NCBI GenBank assembly: GCA_001786835.1
Contig: MFTO01000013.1
Location: 1,002-65,001, forward strand
Length of the DNA stretch: 64,000 nucleotides
Origin: Candidatus Nomurabacteria bacterium RIFCSPHIGHO2_01_FULL_40_20
Lineage (GTDB): Bacteria; Patescibacteriota; Minisyncoccia; Phycocordibacterales; UBA9973
Reading direction: 5' to 3'
Within the stretch, counting starts at the first letter, position 1, and each line of letters opens with the position of its first letter. The position numbers and the translations under genes were made by a program. Below the pieces are notes generated by a model, which was not told the origin of the DNA, did not search any database, and saw only the letters and a list, made by a program, of their open reading frames with translations. This document shows, one piece after another, positions 49,372 to 58,149 of this stretch.

Positions 49372-50502
49372 ATGTCAAACTATGTTATAACCTCCTCGGA
49401 AGAAGAGAAATTATTAAAGGATTTGGAGCCTAAAACTGACGCTCATTCTATGCGCCTAAAGCGCTATTTCTCAATGCCAGATCTTTCCCGTACAGATGGA
49501 AGTCCGCTGTATGAAATTGTAAAAAGAGCCAAAGAAGTACCATCACTTTCAGATTTTGACGACATCAAAGTACCCGAAATTGTACCGACAAATATTCTTT
49601 TTGATTTATTCAATATGGGATCGGATCATCCGGCGCGTAGCCCGTCGGACACTTACTACGTGGATAAGAAAAATGTCCTTCGCACTCACGATACGGTTTT
49701 TTGGTATTACTATCTCAACCATCCGGAAATAAAAAAAAGAATTGCAAACAAGGAAACCTTAGGCGCAGTTTGTTATGGAAAAGTTTACCGCAAAGACGAA
49801 ATAGATCGTCGGCATATGAACGTCTTTCACCAGTTCGGTGGGTGGTTGATAGGACCGGACGATAAAGAAAAAATTACGCCCGAAGATTTAAAAAATACTC
49901 TAAAAGAAATAGCTGTAAATATTTTTGGTAAGGTAAATTTAAGATTCAACGACGATGATTTTCCATATACCGACCCATCATTTGAAATGGAAGCGGAGAT
50001 AAATGGTGAATGGATTGAAATGCTCGGTTGCGGAATGGTGCGAAAGAATGTACTAAAAGATTTAGGGCTCGAGGGCTACCATGGTTGGGCTTTCGGGTTT
50101 GGACTCGAGCGTCTGGCTATTGCTTCTATGGAGCTTCCGGACATTCGATTACTTTGGTCAGAGGACCCACGAGTGACAAGTCAGCTAAAACTCGGTCATA
50201 AATTTGAAGAAGTCTCCAAATACCCGCCGGCGCTTCGCGATATTTCTTTTGTAGTGAAAAACGATTTTATCCCGAACGATTATTTTGACTTTGTGCGCGA
50301 ACTCGCGCCGGGGTTAGTGGAAGAAGTGTCGCTCATAGATAAATATGAAAATGCGGAAAAATTCGGCGCGGATAAAATAAGCTATGCCTACCGAGTGACC
50401 TACCGCTCGCTCGACAAAACCTTAACGAGCGAAGAAGTAGACACTCTGCATAAGCGCCTTGAGACCGAAACTGCCCAAGACTTCGGCGCAACGATTCGCT
50501 AG
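49372..50502 (+). CDS. pheS: Single-chain phenylalanyl-tRNA synthetase-like protein: a PheRS-alpha catalytic core fused to a C-terminal FDX-ACB (PheT B8-like) anticodon-binding domain
   Basis: HPARSPSDTYYV, LRTHDT, YRKDEIDRRHMNVFHQFGGW (motif 2) and WAFGFGLERLAI (motif 3) mark the catalytic core. The C-terminal YPPALRDISFVV...YRVTYRSLDKTLTSEEVD...FGATIR matches the FDX-ACB pattern. A TTGATT-17-TACACT promoter sits 6 nt before the ATG. Confidence 0.7.
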   Translation: MSNYVITSSEEEKLLKDLEPKTDAHSMRLKRYFSMPDLSRTDGSPLYEIVKRAKEVPSLSDFDDIKVPEIVPTNILFDLFNMGSDHPARSPSDTYYVDKKNVLRTHDTVFWYYYLNHPEIKKRIANKETLGAVCYGKVYRKDEIDRRHMNVFHQFGGWLIGPDDKEKITPEDLKNTLKEIAVNIFGKVNLRFNDDDFPYTDPSFEMEAEINGEWIEMLGCGMVRKNVLKDLGLEGYHGWAFGFGLERLAIASMELPDIRLLWSEDPRVTSQLKLGHKFEEVSKYPPALRDISFVVKNDFIPNDYFDFVRELAPGLVEEVSLIDKYENAEKFGADKISYAYRVTYRSLDKTLTSEEVDTLHKRLETETAQDFGATIR

Positions 50503-50509
50503 AATTTTC

Positions 50510-51232
50510 CTATGCCGCTATCCTCATGCTATTGTTTTGGTCAATACCTGTTGTGCCAAGAGTTGGCTTTTTTGAAATTCTATACCTAATTTTTTCATAA
50601 AGATCAGCTATCTTTTGCGTAACTAGAGAAGCTTTTGTCATCGGTGAAACTTTTGCTTCCCTAAGCTCTTCTTCAATTTGAAGTTGGTATAATTTAATAC
50701 TGCTCGCGATGAAAGATATATCAAACAATTCATTATTTACTCCGAGTTTCTCATCAAGGGCTATTTGTCTTATATAATTAGAATTTTTAGGATCAGTAAG
50801 GTCAATGCCTGGAAAAGAAATCTTGTCTTTGAGTTGAGGACTTGAAATAATTGCAGATATTTTTTCCTTATACTGTTTTTCAAGATCTATGATAATAGAA
50901 GACCTGCCTTCAATAGTTGACGAGACTTTTTGTTTATAATCTGTTTTTGAAGTTTCATCCTCTCTTTTTTTAATATCATTCCATTGAGCATCAGTATATC
51001 CATCTAATTTTTCTTCAGGTAAAGATTTGCTTTGAAAATAGCGATTTACCCAATCTATTGCGTATTGCTTACTTTTGTTCTTTATTTCTGAATTCTCTTG
51101 TGAAATAGCAAGAGCTTCATTTGATAGTTCGCCACCTTTAAGCAAAACTTTTAGTTTTTCTTCCGATTCTTTTTTTATTGATTCTAAAGAAGCATTGTCG
51201 ACATTTCCTTTTTCTATGTTAGTGAATTGCAT
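50510..51232 (-). CDS. Hypothetical protein
   Basis: A 240-aa ORF with no recognised domain. Confidence 0.4.
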   Translation of the reverse strand: MQFTNIEKGNVDNASLESIKKESEEKLKVLLKGGELSNEALAISQENSEIKNKSKQYAIDWVNRYFQSKSLPEEKLDGYTDAQWNDIKKREDETSKTDYKQKVSSTIEGRSSIIIDLEKQYKEKISAIISSPQLKDKISFPGIDLTDPKNSNYIRQIALDEKLGVNNELFDISFIASSIKLYQLQIEEELREAKVSPMTKASLVTQKIADLYEKIRYRISKKPTLGTTGIDQNNSMRIAA

Positions 51233-51264
51233 ATTTTATTTAAGTTAATTTACTAATGAGTTTA

Positions 51265-52212
51265 TTATATCAAATCTACCTCAACCGGACTAATTTTGCG
51301 TCCGTGCCGAGAAAGGACGCACCCGCCTGGACAAAAGGCTTGGCCACCACCCTCTTCTAGACACTTATTACACGCGATAAAATGCCGATGGCAGACAGGA
51401 TTTGCGCAGTTCACGTAGTTCTCTGACATATTTCCACAAGAATCGCACTTGCCCACTACTTCACGTTTCGGGTCGTCGGTATAAAATGATTGCGTCACTC
51501 TACCATCAAAAACATAGAGCTTACCTTTGAAGTCTTCATTCGGATAGCGTTCCATGTATGAAACAATTCCGCCATCTAGTTGATACACATCGGTAAACCC
51601 CTGCGAAATTAAAAATCCACTCGCTTTCTCACAGCGCACTCCGCCGGTACAAACCGTGAGCACAGTTTTATTTTTCAAATGTGCGATTTGTTCTACCACG
51701 CGCGGTAAATCTCTAAAATTTTCAATGGGAGGCAAAATAGAACTTTCAAAATAACCCACTTTATGCTCGTAGACGTTTCGCATATCCACAATATAAAATT
51801 CCTTTGGCTCGCCGAAGCCTTGGGCGGAGGCAGCTTTGTTTTCCAAAATCCATTCGTGTAATTCTTCCGGTTTCAAATGCACACCAGTAATTTCGTTCGG
51901 ATCAATATCGCATGTGCCCAAATGAAGCGACACAATTTCTTTCCGCGCTTTGACCGAGAGTTTCGGAAAAGCATTCCCCGTGCCCACGCTTTTCTTCCAG
52001 TGAATATTTTGGAATCTTTTATCTTTAACCATCTCCTCAATATACTTTTCTGTATTTTCTACCGTGCCCTCAACTGTGCCGTTTATCCCCTCACTCGCCA
52101 CAATAATCCGCCCCTTCAAATCTAGTCTTTCACAGAGCGCAAACTGCAAATCTCGCTCCTTTTGTGAATCCTCTAGGTGCACATATTTGTAGTAAAGCAA
52201 AATCTGATACAT
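51265..52212 (-). CDS. trhO: tRNA uridine(34) hydroxylase TrhO (rhodanese-domain, UPF0176/YceA family). The track start is 52248, but the likely start is MYQILLYYKYV at 52212, preceded by TTGCAA-17-TATATT.
   Basis: LYYKYVHLED, RIIVASEGINGTV, and the rhodanese active-site loop CTGGVRCEKAS. Confidence 0.8.
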   Translation of the reverse strand: MYQILLYYKYVHLEDSQKERDLQFALCERLDLKGRIIVASEGINGTVEGTVENTEKYIEEMVKDKRFQNIHWKKSVGTGNAFPKLSVKARKEIVSLHLGTCDIDPNEITGVHLKPEELHEWILENKAASAQGFGEPKEFYIVDMRNVYEHKVGYFESSILPPIENFRDLPRVVEQIAHLKNKTVLTVCTGGVRCEKASGFLISQGFTDVYQLDGGIVSYMERYPNEDFKGKLYVFDGRVTQSFYTDDPKREVVGKCDSCGNMSENYVNCANPVCHRHFIACNKCLEEGGGQAFCPGGCVLSRHGRKISPVEVDLI

Positions 52213-52384
52213 ATGGAAAAATATACCGCTTAAGTTGTAAACTTGCAATATATTTAAATAAGGTGTATATATGTCTTAACATACGTTCGTCGATTATTTC
52301 AAGAAACGAATGTTTCAACATCCCACAAGGTGGGACGCCCTGTTGGTAATTTGGTAATTCAGAACCAGAATTACCCCAGGAAAA

Positions 52385-52440
52385 ACACCCCCTGCAAACT
52401 AATATCAGACACACATGATTATTAGCTCTGTAGGGGCTTT
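52385..52440 (-). terminator. Probable rho-independent terminator belonging to the helicase-nuclease gene, now separated from it by the inserted paralog-2 cassette
   Basis: The minus strand reads GCCCCUACAGAG...UUUGCAGGGGGUG followed by UUUUUCC: a GC-rich stem and a U-run. Confidence 0.5.
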
Positions 52441-52441
52441 T

Positions 52442-52462
52442 TTATTTATATATCTCCGCCAT
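52442..52462. repeat. 21-bp direct repeat TTATTTATATATCTCCGCCAT, copy 1. The minus strand reads ATGGCGGAGATATATAAATAA, which equals the last 6 codons plus stop of the helicase gene.
   Basis: Identical 21-mers at 52442-52462 and 53159-53179 flank the roughly 700-bp paralog-2 cassette. Confidence 0.85.
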
Positions 52463-52469
52463 CTTATGA

Positions 52470-52505
52470 TTGTTAATTTTCCTGCGATAGCAGGAAGTTT
52501 AACAA
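52470..52505. repeat. Palindrome TTGTTAATTTTCCTGC-GATA-GCAGGAAGTTTAACAA, 3' of paralog 2
   Basis: Read directly. It shares the inner core TTCnTGC-N4-GCAnGAA with IR(a), IR(b) and IR(c), but its outer arms differ. Confidence 0.75.
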
Positions 52506-52546
52506 TTATTTTACCCACAACAAAAAATTAACTCTAGTCTATCTGT

Positions 52547-53035
52547 CTATCTTTTTCTTGTTTCAAATCCTTTTGCCAGTTTAAAGGTCTGGATATTGTC
52601 TTTGATCTTTATACGCTTGATGTAATCTAAAAAATCCCGCGGCAGTGGCGAGGGTCCAACCCAGACGCTCTTTTGAATCATCACAAAGCCAAACTTTTTC
52701 AAATGCCAGCGAAACCATTCCCTCTCCGCCTTCTTCTCTTCCGGAATATCATACATCAATAATAAATTCTTCGGCGCCTCTTTATCAAACTTATTTGAAA
52801 ATTGTTTTAAAGAATCTATTTTTCTTTCAATATATTTTCTTCCTTTGGGGGTAATCCGTAAAAAATCATTTTGCTCGTCAACAAATCCATTTTTATACAT
52901 ATAAAATAAAGTCCCTCGCAGAGACCCCTTGGAATAGTCCTTGAATTTTGGAATACCGAAAAGGTTAGTTGAAACCCCTTTGTATCTCAGTGTGGTTTTA
53001 CTTAATTCTTCTAAGATGTTATAAATCAACCCCAT
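52547..53035 (-). CDS. Winged-helix plus PaaX-middle-domain/Cas2-like protein, paralog 2
   Basis: LLMYDIPEEKKAEREWFRWHLKKFGFVMIQKSVWVGPSPLPRDF is about 70% identical to paralog 1 across the C-terminal half. A TATAAT sits 6 nt before the ATG, with a palindrome immediately upstream. Confidence 0.6.
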   Translation of the reverse strand: MGLIYNILEELSKTTLRYKGVSTNLFGIPKFKDYSKGSLRGTLFYMYKNGFVDEQNDFLRITPKGRKYIERKIDSLKQFSNKFDKEAPKNLLLMYDIPEEKKAEREWFRWHLKKFGFVMIQKSVWVGPSPLPRDFLDYIKRIKIKDNIQTFKLAKGFETRKR

Positions 53036-53050
53036 ATAAATATTATATCA

Positions 53051-53090
53051 AAATGTTAAATTCTCTGCTATCGCTAAGTATTTAACATTT
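53051..53090. repeat. Palindrome AAATGTTAAATTCTCTGC-TATC-GCTAAGTATTTAACATTT, directly upstream of the paralog-2 -10 TATAAT (53042-53047) and its leaderless ATG
   Basis: Read directly; the outer 11-bp arms are perfect. Confidence 0.75.
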
Positions 53091-53158
53091 AATTGTATTT
53101 ATTTAATTGCTATATTACTCTAAAAGTATTCATAACCCGAAAGTCTTATTTGCAAGAA

Positions 53159-53179
53159 TTATTTATATATCTCCGCCAT
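53159..53179. repeat. 21-bp direct repeat TTATTTATATATCTCCGCCAT, copy 2 (the authentic 3' end of the helicase-nuclease ORF)
   Basis: See copy 1. Confidence 0.85.
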
Positions 53180-56119
53180 TTTGCAGTATTCGCAGATAGC
53201 GTTTGCTTTGCCGTAAGAGTTAAAGTGACACTCGCGGGTGACCCACTCGCCCGAGTTTAGAAACCTAGAATAGTCCTCGATATCTCGCACTAATAAATCT
53301 ATCTCTTCTTCGGTCATGGGTGCGCGGTAAAATCTTTCCCTTTCATCTTTAGCTTCGAGAAATTCCAAAATTCCTTCCTCCACTTTTACCCGCCACTTGG
53401 GACTAGTCTTCAAAAGATAAGCATACATCGCGAGTTGGCGCATCAAGTTTGAGAGCCGACCCTCGTCGTCTATTTTTTCAATATCGTTTTTTTTCTTCGG
53501 GCTTCCAGTTTTAAAATCGGTCACCCGCACTGTTTTGGCGGAAATATTTTCTACCAGATCTAACCGTCCATAAATTGATAGGTGCGGAAACCTGTCGTCT
53601 TTAACCGATACGCTTTGTTCATTTTTATAATCCCGCGCCAAATTCGGAAAGCTGTTTTTTACCCACTTGGCAACTATCTTCTCTGCCTCCTTGTCGCCCA
53701 AGACCAGTTCCAATATTTCACCCTCTTTTAATCCTCCTCTCTTTTGTAATATTTTATCTATAGCTTTGTGCACTATATCGCCCAGTTCCAAACTACGCGA
53801 TTTAGGCTCGGGCAATTGCAAAAAATTTCGGAAATACCATTTCCACGGGCATTCGAAAAAATTATTGAGGAGCGAGACGGAAACTTTCCTATCTTCATAA
53901 TCTTTTTTGACTATCTCTACTAATTCTTTGAGGGTGGTACTCTCTTTTTCTTTCTTACCCTTGTGAGAACTTCCAGCATAGGATTTCGGATCAAGGGCTA
54001 GAATTTTTTTCTCGGTCTCGCTCGCAGACTGTTTTTCAAAATGGTCGTCCAAATCCGCGACAATCTGGGAGAGCTCTTGGTTTGCGCCAGTATATGAAGA
54101 CAGAGCATAAGAAATTGTGCAAAATCTTTTTGCCCGAGTAATAGCCACATAGAGTTGGCGTTTCAGCACTTCAACGTCTTTCTTTTCAACTTTTTCTTTT
54201 ATACTCTCGGGAAGTGTAAACCCGCCCCGCCTGCCCCCCGAAAATGACCGCTCATCCATGTGCGCAATCCAGACATAATCAAACTCAAGCCCTTTGGAGC
54301 CGTGAAGAGTGAGCACTTTGATACCTTCGTCTTTACCAAAGACAGCAAGCGGAATGCTCTCCCCGTATTCTTCCAGTCTTTCAATAAAAGAAATAAAATC
54401 TTTGAGGTTAAGCTTGGAATCCTTTTCTATTTGTGCGAGCGCGAGGTGGAGAATTGTGCGCACCACTTCTATCCGCACCACTAGATCTTCGTGACTCTTG
54501 GCATCATGCAGTAGTAAATCACTACCAACTTTTTGAATAAAAGAATAGAGACTCATGGAATTTCTCGCGGTGAGCCAAGAGTGGAGTTTCTCAATCCATT
54601 TATTGGTAGCGCTACTTTCGCTAAATAAATCATTTTTCTCGGCTACAACATCAAGTAAGGAAAAATCGCGCATGTTCTGCTCTCGTAAAAATTTATGGGC
54701 GGATAACGGCGGAATATCCGAAACCCCATCAAACAAAGATTCGCCCAGCGCCACGCCGTCTTCGGGATGCGCTAATATTTTTAAAACTCGCAGAAGTGAT
54801 AATGCTTCCGGGGAGTCAAAAAAGTCTTGAGCCTCGCCACTAGACACTGGAAGTCCCATGTCCTTGAGGATTGTGATTACGCTACGAACTTGGCGATTTT
54901 TTGGCACGAGAATTGCTATCTCGTTTGGGTCTATGGTTTTACTTTGCTCACCACCTTCTGTCTTATTTTTTTTCAAAAGCTCTTTGATTTCAAGTCCGCA
55001 GGCAATAATCTCATCGCGTGGGTAGCTCGCTTCCACTAAACGAAGAGGATGACTTCCTTCGCGATTGCTCTTTAATTTCTCGGCAGTCAAAGAACTCTGC
55101 AAAAGAGAGTGAGAGGCATCTAAGATTTTGCCCGTGGAGCGATAATTCTCAACGAGGGTAATTAATTTTGCTTTGCCGAAAGTGTTTTTAAAATTCTCAA
55201 AATACTCTAATGACGCTCCGCCAAAGCCATAAATAAGCTGGCGATCATCCCCCACCACAAAGATGTTTGGCTTTTCCACCTTACTCCAAACCAAAGACAG
55301 AAATTCATTTTGCACTCCGGAAGAATCCTGATGCTCATCTATGAGCACATATAAAAATTCTTCTTTGATTTCAACTCTCGCTGTTTCAGACTCCTCCATT
55401 ATCTTTACTAGATTCTCCAGCACGTCATCATAGTCCAGCACCCCGCTCTCAATTTTTTCTTTTTCATAAAATTCGTAAAACTGCACCGCTTCCCGCGAGC
55501 GAGCGAGCCCCTCTATTTTTGTCTCCACTTCTTTTTTAAGCTCCCCCTTCCGTGCTCCGCGCGAAGAAATACTGTCCGGATTATTTTCAAGCTCGCTTAT
55601 TTCTTTTTCAATTTCTTTGGCAAAATTCTCCGGTGTTATACGCTCGCGTTTCAAAAGTGAAATTAAATTTTTCAAATCACTGAAATATCTCGCCGTATCG
55701 GCGCGAGGACGAAGGTATTCCCAAGGGTGACCGTGTAAGATTCTGTCGCAAAGTAGAATAGAGTCTTTTTCATCCAAGAGTTTCGGCTCCCTCTCCATCC
55801 CAAGCACGCGGTAATATTTCTCTATCATCTCCATGCCGAAACTATGAAAAGTGGCGATTTTCACCTTGCTTGCCTCCACCCCGATATATTTACGCAAGCG
55901 CTCGCGCATAGCACGGACGGCGCTATTGGTAAAAGTAAGGCAAAGTATGTCATCAGCTTTGGTGTCTGTCTCCTTTAAAATATTCCCAATCCTCAGAGCC
56001 AGTACTTGGGTCTTGCCTGTGCCCGGCCCGGCGACCACCATCACGGGCCCTTCAACAGTATCCACCGCCTCCTTTTGGGCTTGGTTTAATTTTTTATATT
56101 CTTCGTCAAATTTTTGCAT
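53159..56119 (-). CDS. UvrD/REP-family helicase fused to a C-terminal PD-(D/E)xK nuclease domain with a Cys cluster (AddB/Cas4-like)
   Basis: The N-terminus has AQKEAVDTVEGPVMVVAGPGTGKTQVL (helicase motif I). The C-terminus has CPWKWYFRNFL...DFKTGSPKK...CHFNSYGKANAICEYCK. The last 6 codons (MAEIYK*) are duplicated at 52442-52462. Confidence 0.85.
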   Translation of the reverse strand: MQKFDEEYKKLNQAQKEAVDTVEGPVMVVAGPGTGKTQVLALRIGNILKETDTKADDILCLTFTNSAVRAMRERLRKYIGVEASKVKIATFHSFGMEMIEKYYRVLGMEREPKLLDEKDSILLCDRILHGHPWEYLRPRADTARYFSDLKNLISLLKRERITPENFAKEIEKEISELENNPDSISSRGARKGELKKEVETKIEGLARSREAVQFYEFYEKEKIESGVLDYDDVLENLVKIMEESETARVEIKEEFLYVLIDEHQDSSGVQNEFLSLVWSKVEKPNIFVVGDDRQLIYGFGGASLEYFENFKNTFGKAKLITLVENYRSTGKILDASHSLLQSSLTAEKLKSNREGSHPLRLVEASYPRDEIIACGLEIKELLKKNKTEGGEQSKTIDPNEIAILVPKNRQVRSVITILKDMGLPVSSGEAQDFFDSPEALSLLRVLKILAHPEDGVALGESLFDGVSDIPPLSAHKFLREQNMRDFSLLDVVAEKNDLFSESSATNKWIEKLHSWLTARNSMSLYSFIQKVGSDLLLHDAKSHEDLVVRIEVVRTILHLALAQIEKDSKLNLKDFISFIERLEEYGESIPLAVFGKDEGIKVLTLHGSKGLEFDYVWIAHMDERSFSGGRRGGFTLPESIKEKVEKKDVEVLKRQLYVAITRAKRFCTISYALSSYTGANQELSQIVADLDDHFEKQSASETEKKILALDPKSYAGSSHKGKKEKESTTLKELVEIVKKDYEDRKVSVSLLNNFFECPWKWYFRNFLQLPEPKSRSLELGDIVHKAIDKILQKRGGLKEGEILELVLGDKEAEKIVAKWVKNSFPNLARDYKNEQSVSVKDDRFPHLSIYGRLDLVENISAKTVRVTDFKTGSPKKKNDIEKIDDEGRLSNLMRQLAMYAYLLKTSPKWRVKVEEGILEFLEAKDERERFYRAPMTEEEIDLLVRDIEDYSRFLNSGEWVTRECHFNSYGKANAICEYCKMAEIYK

Positions 56120-56126
56120 AGAATTT

Positions 56127-57038
56127 TTAAGTTAGCTTAAGCTCTACTTTAGATTTCCAAAAGAAATAACCAATGATAATGAAAGTAGAAAGCGGAGAAA
56201 CATATTCCGGAATATTAAAACCAAAACTATGAAGCACCATCACTATACCCAAAACAAGAATAGAATACATAGCGCCATTTTTGAGATATACATATTTCTT
56301 TATATTTTCTATATTACGAATGGTAAGCTCGCGTACCAAAACTGCACCGAAACCATTACCGAGCAAGATTAACGGCACTGATAAAGTAAAAGCAAAAGCA
56401 CCCAAAACGCCGTCAATAGAAAAAGTAGTATCAATAATTTCCAAGAAAAAAAGTTTTGATAAGTCAGACTGCGCGCTCCCTAAAAGTTTGCGCTCTTGCG
56501 CTTCCGCATTTTGTTTGAAACCGTGGGTTATAAAAAACAGCGAAGAGCCCACCACTGCGCCGAGCGCCATTTCTCCGGAGTGTTTGAGAGCGAGCCAAGT
56601 GATAACTGTAAGCAGTATTGACACAACCGCGTAAAACCACACTCCTTTCGCCATAAAAAATCTCTCTGGCCGAGGAAGCCCCAATTTTTTATCTTCTAAG
56701 AAAAGCCAATGCAAAAACAAAAACAAAAGAAATACTCCGCCGGCAACGAGAAGTATCGGTGCAGACCGCTCGATAGATTCATGCACCACTGGGTCAGAAG
56801 ACCAAGCAGCCGAGAGCACCTGTCCGACGGATAGCGTTGAATTGAAAGCCCAAATTATTAAAAACGGTAAAAGTCCGCGTACTAAAAAAACAGCAATAAA
56901 TATGCCCCAAGTGAGGAACCACCTGCGAGCGCGTTTGCCCATTGTGGAGAGCACTTCGGCGTTGATAATCGCGTTATCAACAGAGGAAACCGCCTCAAAA
57001 AGGGTAAGTCCCAGTATCGTAAAAATAGCCGCAAGCAT
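56127..57038 (-). CDS. TerC-like integral membrane protein
   Basis: FEAVSSVDNAIINAEVL resembles the TerC-family E..LS.DN motif, with at least 7 TM helices. Confidence 0.4.
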   Translation of the reverse strand: MLAAIFTILGLTLFEAVSSVDNAIINAEVLSTMGKRARRWFLTWGIFIAVFLVRGLLPFLIIWAFNSTLSVGQVLSAAWSSDPVVHESIERSAPILLVAGGVFLLFLFLHWLFLEDKKLGLPRPERFFMAKGVWFYAVVSILLTVITWLALKHSGEMALGAVVGSSLFFITHGFKQNAEAQERKLLGSAQSDLSKLFFLEIIDTTFSIDGVLGAFAFTLSVPLILLGNGFGAVLVRELTIRNIENIKKYVYLKNGAMYSILVLGIVMVLHSFGFNIPEYVSPLSTFIIIGYFFWKSKVELKLT

Positions 57039-57047
57039 TTATATATT

Positions 57048-57824
57048 TTAGCGTATTTTCCTCAATTTGCCCACTTTTGTCCGCTTGATAGAAAATGCGA
57101 GCGCGGGAATGGATATTTTTTCGCCAAGGAAATTTGCAATACTGCGCACATAGGTGCCACCCGAGCATTTGATTTTGAATTTGGCGATATAGAAAAATTC
57201 TTTTTTGTTTTTTAAATTTTTCTGCCAAATTTTTAGAATTTCTTTTTGACGAAAATCGCCACGAACTTTGGCAACCCTGCGTTCAATATTTTCCAAAAGT
57301 TTCTTATTAGAAATTTTCCTAATTTTTAAAAATTTTAAATTCTTTACATTCACCACCCTCTCAGGCGCTCCTGCCTGCGCAGGCAGGTCCACTCCCTCCC
57401 GCGCATAAGCAAAGAGCGGTTTGCCTGCTACCGTCTTTGACGAAAACATCGGATATTTCTGCACAAACTTGCCGGTAAAAAATTTCAAATTCTTTCTTAT
57501 CTTTTGCTCTAACTCTGACACCCTTACAAACTCCAGTTTGTAAGGGTGTTGTTTGGGTTGTATTTTGCCGAGAATATCGTACGTGTCCGTGGCAAATCCA
57601 AAGAGAATTTCAAATTCGTATTCTTTGCCTAGGGCTAAATATTTTTCTTTCTTTTTACATTCCTCCCCCGTCAAAATCAATAATAACCCCGACGCCATCG
57701 GGTCCAGTCGCCCAGCATAGGTCATCGGCATATTTTTGTATTCCTTATGTCTACTCCGAAAACCCTCCAACGCTTCAAGTGGAGTCTCCCCTTCTTTTTT
57801 ATTAAGTAGAATTATTTTTTTCAT
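57048..57824 (-). CDS. truB: tRNA pseudouridine(55) synthase TruB-like
   Basis: The catalytic Asp is in YAGRLDPMASGLLLIL, with LGKEYEFEILFGFATDTYD and CSGGTYVRSIANFLGEKI. Confidence 0.75.
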   Translation of the reverse strand: MKKIILLNKKEGETPLEALEGFRSRHKEYKNMPMTYAGRLDPMASGLLLILTGEECKKKEKYLALGKEYEFEILFGFATDTYDILGKIQPKQHPYKLEFVRVSELEQKIRKNLKFFTGKFVQKYPMFSSKTVAGKPLFAYAREGVDLPAQAGAPERVVNVKNLKFLKIRKISNKKLLENIERRVAKVRGDFRQKEILKIWQKNLKNKKEFFYIAKFKIKCSGGTYVRSIANFLGEKISIPALAFSIKRTKVGKLRKIR

Positions 57825-57826
57825 CT

Positions 57827-57912
57827 GCGGAGGCGGAGAGATTCGGACTCTCGAGAGCTTTCACCCTACACGCTTTCCAAGCGTGAGCACTAGACCGCTA
57901 TGCGACGCCTCC
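57827..57912 (-). tRNA. tRNA-Ser (anticodon GGA), type II with a long variable arm
   Basis: The reverse complement GGAGGCGTCGCATAGCGGTCTAGTGCTCACGCTTGGAAAGCGTG...GAGAGTCCGAATCTCTCCGCCTCCG folds with anticodon loop TTGGAAA and T-loop TCCGAAT. Confidence 0.8.
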
Positions 57913-58149
57913 GTTTATTAATTTCTTAAAAGCTTCCCCTCCTTTATAATCTTTTATTTGCTTTTCACGCAACCAAGCTGATTTCTTATCTTCGAACTGT
58001 TCGTTATGAACTACTTTCCAAGGAATACCAACCTTTGTTGATTTATTCCTACCAGAGTTGTGACTTTTTATCCTCTGGTTTAAGTCTGAAGTATATCCTA
58101 TATAATACTTATTATTACTTCCACTTCTTAATATGTAAACGTAATACAT
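57898..58149 (-). CDS. GIY-YIG nuclease-domain small protein (UPF0213-like). Its last about 5 codons overlap the 5' end of tRNA-Ser(GGA).
   Basis: YYVYILRSGSNNKYYIGYTSDLNQRIKSHN is the GIY-YIG motif. Confidence 0.6.
   Translation of the reverse strand: MYYVYILRSGSNNKYYIGYTSDLNQRIKSHNSGRNKSTKVGIPWKVVHNEQFEDKKSAWLREKQIKDYKGGEAFKKLINGGVA

Noticed and set aside
52130-52414. Minus-strand 94-aa ORF and the 52164..52349 plus ORF
   Set aside because: They overlap the trhO promoter and N-terminus, and the real trhO start is at 52212 with its own -35/-10. The region is better explained as promoter plus hairpins plus the helicase terminator.
52547-53035. Calling the wHTH/Cas2-like proteins bona fide Cas2 (CRISPR adaptation)
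   Set aside because: There is no Cas1, no repeat array, and an extra N-terminal wHTH. The similarity is to the shared PaaX/Cas2-like fold only, so the gene is kept as an uncharacterised family.
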